DNA from: Setoptus koraiensis | Taxonomy: Eukaryota; Animalia; Arthropoda | DNA length: 64,000 bases | Direction: 5' to 3' | NCBI GenBank assembly: GCA_048013815.1 | Contig: CM106585.1 | Coordinates: forward strand, 8,804,001-8,868,000 | Shown here: positions 38,801 to 49,811 of the stretch, piece by piece | Position numbering within the stretch: the first letter of the stretch is position 1 | Layout of the letters: every line of letters starts with the position of its first letter | Translations under genes and position numbers: made by a program | The notes under the pieces: model-generated | Told to the model about the DNA's origin: nothing | Databases searched by the model: none | The model's input: the letters and a program-made list of their open reading frames with translations, nothing else

Positions 38801-41800
38801 GCCACTTAAGAGCAGAAACGATGACGTGCTTGTCGATGTGAATCTGATCTGATACGAATGGGGTTCGTTCGGCTTGACAAAGCATCTTGGCTATGAAAGC
38901 TGTTAGCCAAATTGAGGAGTCACGTCTGACAAATGCACTGAAAGAACCATCCTCTTTTCTAAAATTCAATGCTCGTTTGTATCCATTTTTGATATAGTTC
39001 ACAGCCTTCCAGCGCAATTCTCCTGATAGCTTGCCAATAGATTGCAGATACCGAGTGGTATACAAAGTAGGACCAAGATAAATCATCACTTGCTCGCCGC
39101 ATCCATGTGGTAATCTGATGAGATGTTCAACATCGTTTAGTGTAGTTTTGGCTGTAGGTCCAATTTTATCCCCGATGGCACTAACGATACATTCCTGAGT
39201 TTGAGGCACTATGTAATCCGAGCTTCGTGACGGTAATAGGCGCACTTTAGATTTTTGTAAACCATTGGCGGCATCTATTTCATCAACTAAATTACCAGCT
39301 TCTATGGCACGCTTATAGCGGTGTTGGTGATTCTTGGGATCCAAATGGAATGTTAAATGATCCTCTACAGGCGAGCCTCGAGCTACAACATTCAACGTCT
39401 TGATGATAGCATCGCTGGAATTATGCGAAATGGCTACGATCTTAATAGGATACTTGCCAACTTTCAAAGGAATCATGGGGAATAGAACAGATTGTGATGA
39501 ATGACTAAGTATTGTCACACTTTTTCTATCTGAACGCTCACCAGGATCCGATTCTGAGCATACTCCTTCAACACCATAGGTGTAGACAACCACTTGTCTG
39601 GTCTGAGGGCCATAATTGAATACAGTAGCTACAATGTCCAATTGTTCACCTTGGACAACTTTATAAGGAAGTGACACGTGAAGAAACAAGTCCTGGAAAG
39701 ATATTATCCGCATAGGTTCACTCAGTATACACACAGGTCTATTAAGATTGAGAGACATTGCTGACAATGACCAAGTCGTAATAGAATGAGGTAGTTGTAC
39801 ATCTAGACCTATCTGCTTCTCAGACTGAGTTATAGTTGCAATTTCGAAGAGCCAAGTTTCACGGAAATCGTGCCTCACTAATGTACGTGATTCTATCGCA
39901 TCTAGTTCACCAAAATTTAATATCACTCCCGTTGATGCGGACTCATCTACTCTTGAGTAGTCAGGTCGATCATTTCTACCAGTGATCATCGACGACATCA
40001 ATTGAACATATGATTCAGAGGTCCTGCGGCAACAATCTAGATAAATCTGCTGACATTTCGAGTTGTTTGGCATGTACTTTTGAACTATGCGAGTGCGAAT
40101 AGTGCAACTTCGTTTCTGCACGTCGTAAATGGTACCAAGTAGGCAACATCGATAATCATGTTCAGAGGCACTGTGTAACTTCAAAACAGAACGAACGTCT
40201 CGCTTGTGGCGTATCTTCTGCCTTCTATGATGCTCTAATTCCGACGAACCTTTCAAATTGAAATTAGATTTCTGGCCCACTTCCGTCATAGGTGCCGTTG
40301 GACTAGCTTGTAATGGTGCATGAGAATTCAATCTTCGTGAATAATAAATAAGAGCCTTGTTGTAACCTCTTTGATAATGTTCATTGTAACGGATCTGATG
40401 CGTCATAGTCTGACAGACAGAACCGAGGTAGGGATTCGTAGCTTCTCGAATAACGTCTCTGATGTCGTTGGAACTGGTAAATCTATTAGCCGCTTCACTG
40501 TTATCACTTCGAGACTGATAGACATCAGAGAAAACCATTAATCCCGCGTTGCTAAAGACATCCAAATTATCTTTACCCCCGCCAAAACCACATCCTGTAT
40601 CAAGTGGTTTGATGCGATCAATTATCTTCGGCATCAGCAAGTGGTTTGTGTTCTTTCGTAATGCATTTACTCCGTTATCTATGGCAATCAGTGAGATATG
40701 GTCCCCAATTTCACCTTGAATCATAACTTTACCTTTCTCATTAGGTTTAACTGTAATGCTCCCATTTGTAGGGATATTGTCCTCGGTCATATCACTTTTA
40801 GTTGGTATGTAATTCAATTTTAAACCACAATTAGTTGATTGCTTTATAGATATCCTCATTGAATCACTTATGAGTTCATCATTGGCGCCGCTTAGACCGA
40901 ATAATACTAATCTTATAGAAGGGACCATATGTTCTGTTGCAGTGAACCTGATGAAACCATTCGAATCAAGCGTGTTGAGCTGAATTATTTGACCTCGACT
41001 CACGATTATATAGAATATCTTTTTAGGCAATATCACTGCATTTCTCATTAGAATGTCGGATTGGAAGACTTGGCCAACATCCATAGCTATAGTATTTTTG
41101 TTCATTATGAGTATCCAACCACCATTGGACGAATGTTTGTGTAGGGTATGTATCACAGTTGTCTGTTCATGAGTTAGTGAATTATCAGTTTTTTCTGCAA
41201 GCTTGGATGAGGTATTAGTCCATCTCAATGTGACATGCAAGACTTGAATATCTTCATTCAGAGGTCCAATATTGAAATTGACTCGTCCTTGTAAATCAGT
41301 CATGGCCATATTATCACTATTACTATTTATCACGGTGCCATTTGGATGACTAAACTGAGCAAATACTTTTAAATTTGCAGGGGCTGGTCGGTCGTTATTA
41401 ACCTCAATCAACTCAGCAGTCAATTTCTGTTTGACGCCAGGTTTAAAGTCGTCAATCGCATTTTCTAAAGATATTTTGTATGGTGACGATAAAAATATAC
41501 AACTCGTGTCCATAGCGACCTCATGATAGCCTGTTGATTGTTCCGAAATTGAAGCCTCTACGACGAACCTAGCGCCGGTTATACCTGGATACCATTGTGT
41601 CTGCTTGATCTTGTCAACACCGAATTTGTATGTCACTATACCGTCATCTTCGATTGTTTTGATTAAGGACCGGCCGATATAAACAATCTGAGGATTTATC
41701 AGAGTTTTGTATCCGAATTTGAAAAATGCTTTACCTTTGACAGGCTTACCATAGTGATACTTTACCACAATACTACCCTCGATTTCTTTCGTCGATGGTA

Positions 41801-42800
41801 GCACATATTTAGGAGATGAAAAATCAATCTTGAATGTAGGAAGAACGTATTCTTTCACTTCAAATGTCACAGTATCGTTGGTTGATCTATCTTGATGAAG
41901 TAATTGGGCTGTCCAGAGACCCAACATAGGCTCAGCAGGGAATTCGAACTCATGATCGAGATACAATTGATTGTGAATCAATTGTTTTTCGTCTGTAGAT
42001 GAGTGGTCCTGCTTTATATTATCACCATAGGTAATTTTAGATGCAAAATTTGCACCAGAATCGATAGAGGTAATAAATTTTTTCTCCTCAACAATAATAT
42101 TCTGTGGATTTCTCACTTGTATCTTAATATCGTCACTAGATATAGGTCTCATCAGCTCATTTAGTATTAGCGCGCGTATTCTAACTTTTTCGTCGGGCCT
42201 ATAAATTGGTTTGTCGGTTTGAATAAATGCAAAATTTTTCAATCCATCAGAGCTGGCTATTTTCTCCAATGGAATGGGCGCCGAACTGACTAATTCTAAA
42301 CTATCACTACCAAATCCAGCATTGATCTGATAGGGCCTTATAGAAACAATTACCTGCTGTATGGGCTGTATTCTTTCCTCGTAGTGCGGATGGTCAATAT
42401 TTTGGAAGTTTTCCAGCGAATCCGACAAAGAGACATTTTCCAAATTTATAGGTAGTAACAATGATGGCTGATTTGTATCAAAGTAGTCAAATACGTGCTC
42501 ATAGAATAATTGGCCAGCGATTGGTTGACGTGCATCACGCACTTGAAGCGCTAATTTTGGATATGTTTGGCCCAATTGCTTGTATTCTCTCTCGTGGGCC
42601 TTGTTGATGAGGGCCACAAATTGAGGGTATGTTTGGGCATCAGTTTGTTTCTTTGATACTGTTGATATTCTGAAAAGGTTAGGTGTTATCAATGTGAGAT
42701 GAGGCTTCAGACCGATCGAGTAGACCAGATCGAGTTGCGAAGATGCTAGAATAACTAGATTCAGCAAAAATAGGTATATTAGTTTGATTAACATGGACAT
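35802..42800 (-). CDS. C3: Complement component C3-like thioester protein, single 7-kb exon (2332 aa)
   Basis: Signal peptide, macroglobulin domains, RHKR beta/alpha site (40200-40211), anaphylatoxin CC..G...C..R...C...CC, FRETWLF, thioester GCGEQ (39090-39104), catalytic H-x-E in VYHREMLGG (His codon 38742-38744), STQDTVVALEAL, and a C-terminal C345C region. First ATG is at 42800 (the ORF track starts at GTG 42821). Confidence 0.93.
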   Translation of the reverse strand: MSMLIKLIYLFLLNLVILASSQLDLVYSIGLKPHLTLITPNLFRISTVSKKQTDAQTYPQFVALINKAHEREYKQLGQTYPKLALQVRDARQPIAGQLFYEHVFDYFDTNQPSLLLPINLENVSLSDSLENFQNIDHPHYEERIQPIQQVIVSIRPYQINAGFGSDSLELVSSAPIPLEKIASSDGLKNFAFIQTDKPIYRPDEKVRIRALILNELMRPISSDDIKIQVRNPQNIIVEEKKFITSIDSGANFASKITYGDNIKQDHSSTDEKQLIHNQLYLDHEFEFPAEPMLGLWTAQLLHQDRSTNDTVTFEVKEYVLPTFKIDFSSPKYVLPSTKEIEGSIVVKYHYGKPVKGKAFFKFGYKTLINPQIVYIGRSLIKTIEDDGIVTYKFGVDKIKQTQWYPGITGARFVVEASISEQSTGYHEVAMDTSCIFLSSPYKISLENAIDDFKPGVKQKLTAELIEVNNDRPAPANLKVFAQFSHPNGTVINSNSDNMAMTDLQGRVNFNIGPLNEDIQVLHVTLRWTNTSSKLAEKTDNSLTHEQTTVIHTLHKHSSNGGWILIMNKNTIAMDVGQVFQSDILMRNAVILPKKIFYIIVSRGQIIQLNTLDSNGFIRFTATEHMVPSIRLVLFGLSGANDELISDSMRISIKQSTNCGLKLNYIPTKSDMTEDNIPTNGSITVKPNEKGKVMIQGEIGDHISLIAIDNGVNALRKNTNHLLMPKIIDRIKPLDTGCGFGGGKDNLDVFSNAGLMVFSDVYQSRSDNSEAANRFTSSNDIRDVIREATNPYLGSVCQTMTHQIRYNEHYQRGYNKALIYYSRRLNSHAPLQASPTAPMTEVGQKSNFNLKGSSELEHHRRQKIRHKRDVRSVLKLHSASEHDYRCCLLGTIYDVQKRSCTIRTRIVQKYMPNNSKCQQIYLDCCRRTSESYVQLMSSMITGRNDRPDYSRVDESASTGVILNFGELDAIESRTLVRHDFRETWLFEIATITQSEKQIGLDVQLPHSITTWSLSAMSLNLNRPVCILSEPMRIISFQDLFLHVSLPYKVVQGEQLDIVATVFNYGPQTRQVVVYTYGVEGVCSESDPGERSDRKSVTILSHSSQSVLFPMIPLKVGKYPIKIVAISHNSSDAIIKTLNVVARGSPVEDHLTFHLDPKNHQHRYKRAIEAGNLVDEIDAANGLQKSKVRLLPSRSSDYIVPQTQECIVSAIGDKIGPTAKTTLNDVEHLIRLPHGCGEQVMIYLGPTLYTTRYLQSIGKLSGELRWKAVNYIKNGYKRALNFRKEDGSFSAFVRRDSSIWLTAFIAKMLCQAERTPFVSDQIHIDKHVIVSALKWLLKKQYPSTGMWVELSPVYHREMLGGVLKENTLTAFVVITLNECSHYSHELISEVPITNGDNAADGNDGGQRANDEQKTPTNGRNDYQVALNRAEEAIFINKFKATKERNAYVLALCAYALSFNRPHDSSAIINDLMVISNHNSARNWLNWRGDHMTETAGYALLALMELQPTLTSSATVRYRLGPNSKLGIHSPSNDAQAIVNWLNSRRSFTGSFDSTQDTVVALEALSKFAQYQSTPSNGQLSSSQIDLMCNVTIHNRLKRSIELRKENALVLQQFKLDSFNIDQNSSDTIEFYTSGDGVGLMSVKLKYNVLQTGNDLCRFEISSTVEEWKNPITKIETGNNDNKGQNTASGSIGDEFFDTFDQNMLYELNVADPPASTELTGATIDIANKPEQSVNVFKLPTRRTARAALRSVIDLVYNSSSKTDQNPSSSNKSKKNAHNDEIDEESDWTYRLANSIGMSRWFRGNHARSTTTTTTTTTIAPHTEPLSSHVERFNQTEDSKSFEEMPSIAYSSEDPNTVSKTTSQTTFNPVIYVHEAANVNEVQVPAPASSDHVANKSIAPVISSVFHPNTVPDGVPINNLSAKFDLNSNNNSNSANGKNNNKSPQQQYQYTSNRNKLVLLLKVCAQTFGGRQDSEMAVIEIGILSGFKANEADLQEITANAPALKYELSPDKSLVIIYMEYIPAAGPYCMQFRLVRESTVTNLQSGHIRVYDYYQPAQSSCSNFYTPTRFSDQLETNCDQMSGVCKCAAQSRCPKTNRLLEVGEIFGVNVKRGRDKFQELVCSSQYDFVTMARLINVSSLSSGQTYLLDVKPVHDLKGNISKIIQEQAYYHRVSSISSSSGSDNTLMSGPDHITLALDKTCVKEDTTLLHFAHSKQFNREGEYILIFGRFDHLEKRYATRPQTAVASSISTVNSKQQPQQQSTSSDNTQSLEFSQKYPYKFIQIIDKDSIIFDIGFQTDSVKFKDNIKTLAEWLELIVRRDQWSCLDLKPDNSNN

Positions 42801-45800
42801 GTTTCGTTCTCGGTTTATCACAAATGTGTAAGTGTGAATTATATGGGAAAACCATTCCTAACAGTGTTCTAAAAGATGTTTTGATTACTTTTTAGCATTT
42901 TCTGGGCGCTGTAATATGGATATTTGCGTTGGCCACTTGTATTATGGTTAAATTTGGATGAATAGTTTCATAGTATGTTCCACTAAGTCATTTTAGTGTA
43001 TTTGATATGGGTATCAACAACAAAAAACAACAAGCTATTGACGTTGCTTGTAACAAGTGTAATGTTTTTGTTTTGTCTCTTTGTCTACTTTATTGTTGGA
43101 TGTGTCTATCAAGTGTATAACTAACATGCAAACGAACAATGCATTCCTTCACAATGATATGACTGAATTATCTTGCAGTTTGGAGATTTACATTATCAAG
43201 ATATCGCCCAGTGTCGTTTGTGTAAGATGATATAATGGAGGCTATTTTCACATTGATATATTATGATGATAAATAGACAAGAGTAAATGTGTCAAGTATT
43301 GATTGATCTATTTGTTTGGTGAGAGAATTTAGCCTATCTATCTAATCACACTAGTACAACTACTACTGTTATTATTATACCATAACTGTGTGGCATACTA
43401 AATTGTGGGTGTTGATGTATTAAATGCTTACATTGCGAAAAAACACTCTGGCATTGCATTGCAATGCAATCTTGTGATGAAACTAGAACCTAGTTGAAAG
43501 ATTTGACGATTGTCGTCACTTGCTGGCCACTTGTTAATGTGAGGAGATGTGCCAGATTATGATATTAACTGTGTATGATAAAATCAATATTTGTATTGGT
43601 TGCCTCTCTCGCTACTGTTTGGTTGTTGTTGTGGTTGTTGCATCTAAATTATAAAATTCAAAATAAATGTATTTATTATTATTCTTGCCGGGCTGTCATC
43701 TAAATAATACTGCTGCCTCGTGATAATTATCACTATTAAATATTGTAAATATGGAATGTAGTTTTTATATATTTTGGCCCACAGTGGCCAATAACGGTAA
43801 CGATAAATGAGAATTTATCATCGGTGCTATTGCTGATAATCAAAATTAATGGTGCACTGCAGTATTGGCCGTGATGAACCAGCAACATTTGCTATTTCTG
43901 ACTTATTCCACTTACATGATAGACTAGGCTTACTTGACTTGAGATCGCATATGCATCATGTCGCATGATTATTTAAAGCGCGCACTTGATCTTGAAAATG
44001 GACACACACGCACATCAATTAATTTGGCTGAGATTGACGAACAGTCGCTTAGTATGCTCAATATCGCGTTGCTTCTGATAATTGAAGAGCCAACAGTTAA
44101 TACACCGAATGTAACATAGCCCATAGGTGGCGCATGACGCTTTCAAAAACAACTGCAAGTTTTTTGTTTTGACTCGTTGAACTCTTTCATCAGATAAATA
44201 TACTTGCAAATAAATAAACATTATTAGTCATGAAAAATCACGATTACCAGCACACAACAAGCTTTCTGCATCTTTTCATTCTCACAAGAATTCTACTTGA
44301 CGGCAAACTTTTTGTATGCCTTGCCAACAACTTTTTGTTGTCCTAACAACCACTCAGCCGCCCTCTGGTGGACCAGTGTAAATACAGATTTAGGCGCCGA
44401 TAATGCAGTAAGATAAAAACGTCGCAACAATAATAATATTTTGATAGTAATCTCATTATTGTTATCAGTGCCAAATTTGCATGATTTGCATTGCTGGCAA
44501 CACTGTCAGACAATGTCCCCCAAGTACAGCAGTTGGAGCTAGGCAAAACAGAAATTTATGATGCGTATAATTAACAACAACAACAACAACAACAGTAAAG
44601 AGAATGTTTGTTTTTTACCTGTTTGCGGCACCAGCTTAACGGTGGCTATTAATAAGCCGCTTGTTTTAACATTTTTGTAATGTTGTCATTGAATGTTGTT
44701 GTTGTTGTTCAAGAAACACTCGATATAATATCATGGCTAATAACGACGACAAGTGCAACGGTGAGTAGTCGTCGATGGCGCCAGGTAAACATGCGCCTAA
44801 ACAAAGCAGCTTGAGAGATCCGATCAGTTTGTTTGTGTGTTCGAGACTGTACGAGTTTGAACTGCAAATGTTGAAAAGGGAACAACTAATCGACTTGTCC
44901 CAGCTACAGACAGTTCAGCAACTGTATTATATGTTTATTAGTATATTAGGTAATAACAATAATGTTCCGTGAAAGCAGCTCCAACAAACAAGAGGCTGCA
45001 AACTTGACATTGTGTGAGGCTACATGTTGCATGGGGTGTACAAAAATCCTTGACACGACTATTTAAAACAACAATCGTGTTTTGATTAGCTAGATGTATC
45101 ACGTAGTAGTTGATTGCATTTATGCAAATGGGCTCGAACCCATTGAATTCACTGATCGGTCTCGTCGGCCCTTATCCCGTCGACAGACGACGGATCTGTG
45201 TGTAGGGCCAATGCGGGTTCAACTTGCAGAGGGGCTCGAAGCTCGAAACGTTGTAGACCGGATATTTTTGTTTGACGATCGTCAATGAGCTAAGTTTGGC
45301 GGGAGCTCACTGTCGGAAGTGTCGAGAGCCGGCCTCAAATTGGATCTTACTATCAGCTTGTAAGCTTGCGACTTGTGACTGAATTATTCAGTCTGGATAT
45401 ATAGAAATAGGATGGCGCATATTTTGCGAACGTTAGATGGCGCAACCGGTCCTGCCAGAGTTGTTGCATTTACGAGATGGCGCCACCGAGTTGTAACCAG
45501 GGTTGGCCTCTCTGTCTTTGGCATGCGGTTGTGATACACGGACGAGGCCGAAAAAGAATGCCGAAATTTGATAGAGTCAAATTGTGGCATTTTATTGACT
45601 TGGTCGCTAGACGAGGCATGAAAATGAATGACGAAAGAGAAATTGTGTGTGTTGTTTGGTTGTTTGGATGTCATTAGATGCGATGAGATTGGCGATTGGG
45701 ATTTTTGCGGTGCCGAAAGCCCGATTGATTGACGCTGGTAGCGCTATGATCTCGCAGATAATAATTAATAATAAAAATTATTAATTTGAATGTCTTTGTC

Positions 45801-48325
45801 GAGCCAGCGACAGATGCTAGCTTTAAGGTACGGAGTATGATAATTTAGGCCTACTTATGATCGGATTTGATTAGTTTTATCAGTTTTATGTGTGGCTTTT
45901 ATGTGTCGCATAAAAGCATAAATGCAAAACGCTGCCCCAGACAGTTGGCAGTGGCCTGATTGGCTAGTGTTATGCCGCGGCGCAGAAAGTTTATTGACAT
46001 GTATATTATATGACATTTGTATCATATGTTATGGTATTACAAGCTGGCGTGTCGAGCCATTAGCTTGGCACGATGACTTTGTGCGCCACACTAACACGAA
46101 TGATGCGACATCGCCGGCTCGACTTGGCCACTTGGAAGCGACTTCGACAACGAGCGAGACAGAGACAGAAAGAGACAGAGAGCGAGGGAGAGGGAGAGAC
46201 AGAGAGAGTATAAGTCAACTATAAGTGGCGATTCTTCGGTAATTCTTTCATCTCACGCCGGCGAACAAATTTAATTGCATTAATCGAGATTTGCGAACGT
46301 TCGCATGGGGCGTTCGCTGGCCGGGCCGACTCGGCGACGAGCCCCAGTCGGAACTGCCATTAAGCTCCGAGTGAGCCATTATATCGAGTCGGCTTGTATC
46401 TCGTCAGCTGACTGCTGTGGTGGCGAAGAAGTTTGATGTTGTTGTTGTTGTTGTTGTTGCTGCTGTTGCTGCTGTGACATGTGACATCACTTCCCTTTGA
46501 GGGCGGCTATAAAATTAAATAAATAATAAAATTCATTAGCTGCCAGAGATATGTCATGCTGTTTGATGTGGCCGATGCTGGCCATTTTTGCACAATTAGC
46601 CATCATTTGATGGCTGCTCTGGGCCGCTATCACCGGCCCGGCCAAAGCTGTTACGATACCAACAAACAGCTGTTTGTGTCGAGACACAGCGGCCTATTTG
46701 CTGTTTATACCGTATACAGTTTGTACACAGAGAGACAGCGGAACATAAACATTAGATAGGCAAATTGACAGGCAGGGCCGGCAGAGAAGATATGCGAAGA
46801 TTGAAAAATTGATTGTGTTTGTTTGCGGCGATTAATCATCGGCCGACTGTGAGAATTAATTAGCAGCCCGGCCGGACGACGCATGAGATGAGGCAAACGC
46901 TGGCCACAATGCGGCCGGCCACAATATTAATCAACATCATATGTGTGGTGTGGTTGTTGTTGGCAACTGACAACAAGCCGGCTTGTGATTAGCTGATATT
47001 GCTAAAATTGTTGCGCAATTGTGTGTCGTGTCCGAGCTAAGTGTTGAAATGTTGGCTCGCTTCGATCGTTCATCAGACTCGAATCATGCGACTTGAATCA
47101 TTAGACTCGAAACTTGTGACTTGCAACTTGTGAATTTCGCAAGTTGCGAATATCGCAAGTTGTGAATTTTGCAAGTTGTGAATGAAGTGGCACTTGCCAC
47201 TATTCGCAACTGGCGAGCCGATCGGCAAGTGTCGCTCTCGGCGAGGCCCACAGACTCGAAGCAATTAGGCCGACCGCTAATTGAGCTGGCAGCCACATTC
47301 GCAGTTGCACAATGGTACATGCTGTAATTGCCAGTCACTTTGTCAGATGAATAATTGCACAGTTGCCCCACCGATAAACAGATTGTTTGCGAGTCACTTT
47401 TGCCTCACTTTGGCTCACTTTTGCCCCATTTTTGTCTCGCTTTTGCCCCGCTCTGGCCAGAATCCGGGATGGCATCTTCATCTGGCCAGCGGCCCGTTCG
47501 CGGCGAGCCACTTTTCGGCGAGTCGGCTCATTTAGGCGCGCTGGGCGCCGCTCGGGCAACCCAGCCAATTAAGTGCGCGGCCGGCGGTTATTGAATCAGC
47601 GTCAAGTCAGCAGCGAGTTGATTGAGTTTGCCGTGTTTGCCGAGTGTCGCTTTGACGGGCCCGCTTGATAAGTTTGATAAGGCGATCGGATTTAGCGAGC
47701 CAATTGGGGGGGATGGGCCCATCAATCATCAATTAGTTGTGTTCGGTGTGTGACGCACCCGCGTGTAGCGGTTGCCAGCCAGCGAAAGGATACATGATTG
47801 ATTATTCAATTCAATCAGCTTTGCATCTCATCATGGCCAGTTAGCCGTGATTGATCTGATCCAATGCTCGCCCGAGTGATCGGCTCAGCTTGTCACTCGG
47901 TCCCGCTGGCTCGGCCAGCCGGGCTCGTTTCGGGCCGGATCAGAGCAAGTATTAAAACAAGTGGCTGCCATCCAATCAGCGGTCTCAGCGCATTAGTTTG
48001 CAGCGCGTCACACCGTTGCCCGTTACTTGTGATTGGGTGCGCGGATTGGCCCCGGGCGGCGCCCATCCGCGCCGCTTTAGCGCGCGCATCAGCATGACAG
48101 TGTGCTATTAGGCGATATTACGCAACATGCCCACTGCCTGACAGTGGTGACGTCCAATTCGAATTGAGCCGCTTGTTGAGCCGCTCACACGGGCACAGCA
48201 TCGCGGGACGATGGGACAGCATCACGCCCCTGCGCGCCATAACGGCACCTATGACAAACGGTTGCATGCTGCGGATTGTTGTTGCGGCAGCACCGAGCGT
48301 GGAAACTCGACACCCGCCGCTCGAT

Positions 48326-48500
48326 CGAACTGCGAACTGCCAACTTCGAACTGCGAATTCCGAACGACGAATTTCGAACTTTGAATTTTGAATTTCGAAC
48401 TGCGAACTGCGAACTGCGAACTGCGAACTGCGAACTGCGAACTGCGAACTGCGAACTGCGAACTGCGAACTTCGAACTGCGTATTTCGAAATTCGAATCG
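48326..48500 (+). repeat. Heptamer array (CGAACTG)n, 25 units in register
   Basis: 10 perfect consecutive units at 48396-48465, flanked by degenerate CGAA-type heptamers in the same phase. Confidence 0.95.
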
Positions 48501-49416
48501 GCCTCCCACTTAAATTGATTCTGTTCGCTAACAAGTAGCTGTTAGCGGCGGATAGAATGCAGCCGGCCGCTGAGTATCGCGCGTTTGATTAGCGCACGCT
48601 AATAGCGCTCTGACAACCGGAGTGACACTGTTCGCCGGCAGCCCGCGTCGCCGAACCGTCGCACGAATCGCCGGCCGGGGGCGTGCTGGGCAGTGTCAGC
48701 GGCGCGATAATGCAATAATATGATAAAACAGATTAGATCAGTGACATAATAGCACACACACCAACCTGCTCATTGTTTGCCCAACTGCCAGTGGCAACAA
48801 TCGGCTGCAGTTCGCAGTTCGCTGCTGGCAGTTCGAAGCCGCCAATTCGAAGCGTTCGGCCAGCATTCGAATTGGCAGCTTTTGCAAGTTTGAGCCGGCG
48901 ACAACCGAGGCCAGCGCCGGTCGGCGCGTCGCTCCGCTTGGCCCGGCGCACGGTGACTCGATTCGCTTTGATGCGCGATTAAATCCATTGATGCGTACAC
49001 TCGAATTTGAGTGTGTCCATCACGACGACAACGGCAACAACGGCACCAGCAACAACAGCAACAACGACAACAGCCACAACGACAACAACAGCGCCAGTGT
49101 AGAGTGCAATTGTAGAGTATATCGAGAGTGTATAATGCAACATTAGCAACGTGCCCGAATGGTCATAATGGCGCCAACTTATTATAGTGTGTACATGTTA
49201 TGTTCAGATATACATACTGTGACATAATACATGTGCGTGCGATATCTGAAATAGTCTCTAGCACCAGAGCAAAGCATCAGCGTGCCCATGTCGACCGGCC
49301 AAGATGCTGGCATCAGATGTTATGTAACAGTGGTGCGTGTGACACAAAAACTGTCCGATCGCTGATGGTGGCAAACAGACCGATGAGTGATTTTAGGCGA
49401 GTTCATCATTGTCGCC

Positions 49417-49563
49417 ATATCCACGCATATCCACGCATATCCACGCATATCCACGCATATCCACGCATATCCACAAATATCCACAAATATCCACGCATAT
49501 CCACGCATATCCACAAATATCCACAAATATCCAAAAATATCCATAAATGTCCACAAATGTCCA
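49417..49563 (+). repeat. Decamer array ATATCCAC(GC/AA) x about 14
   Basis: Direct reading of a 10-nt period with two alternating variants that decay 3'. Confidence 0.95.
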
Positions 49564-49729
49564 GGGCTGGCAAATTGAGAGCGCGCTAATCTAGTTCCGC
49601 TCGTTTGGAGTGACCATTTTTGTCCATTTCTGTCCAGTGCGGTCCCGCCGAAAGCATCGGCAACCCGTGACCCCCATCATCGGGTTTCATGTTATGCAAT
49701 TACGCGCCTTTAACCGTCTGTGAGGCATG

Positions 49730-49811
49730 AAAAAGTGCTTGTGGTCGCCAAGATTCGAACCCAGACCCTCGGCTGCACGTCTCAACACTCTTCCGGTTAA
49801 GCTACAAGTCC
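49730..49811 (-). ncRNA. tRNA-like Pol III element (tRNA pseudogene or SINE head)
   Basis: Minus strand reads GGACTTG-TAGCTTAACCGG (A box)...GTTG-AGACGTG-CAGC (4-bp stem, central ACG)...GGGTTCGAATC (B box)...TTTTT terminator. The acceptor and T stems pair poorly, so it is not a canonical tRNA. Confidence 0.6.

Noticed and set aside
45128-45143. ATGGGTTCGAGCCCAT (minus strand) looks like a tRNA T arm
   Set aside because: The stem register does not fit a canonical T arm and no D arm or acceptor stem is present.
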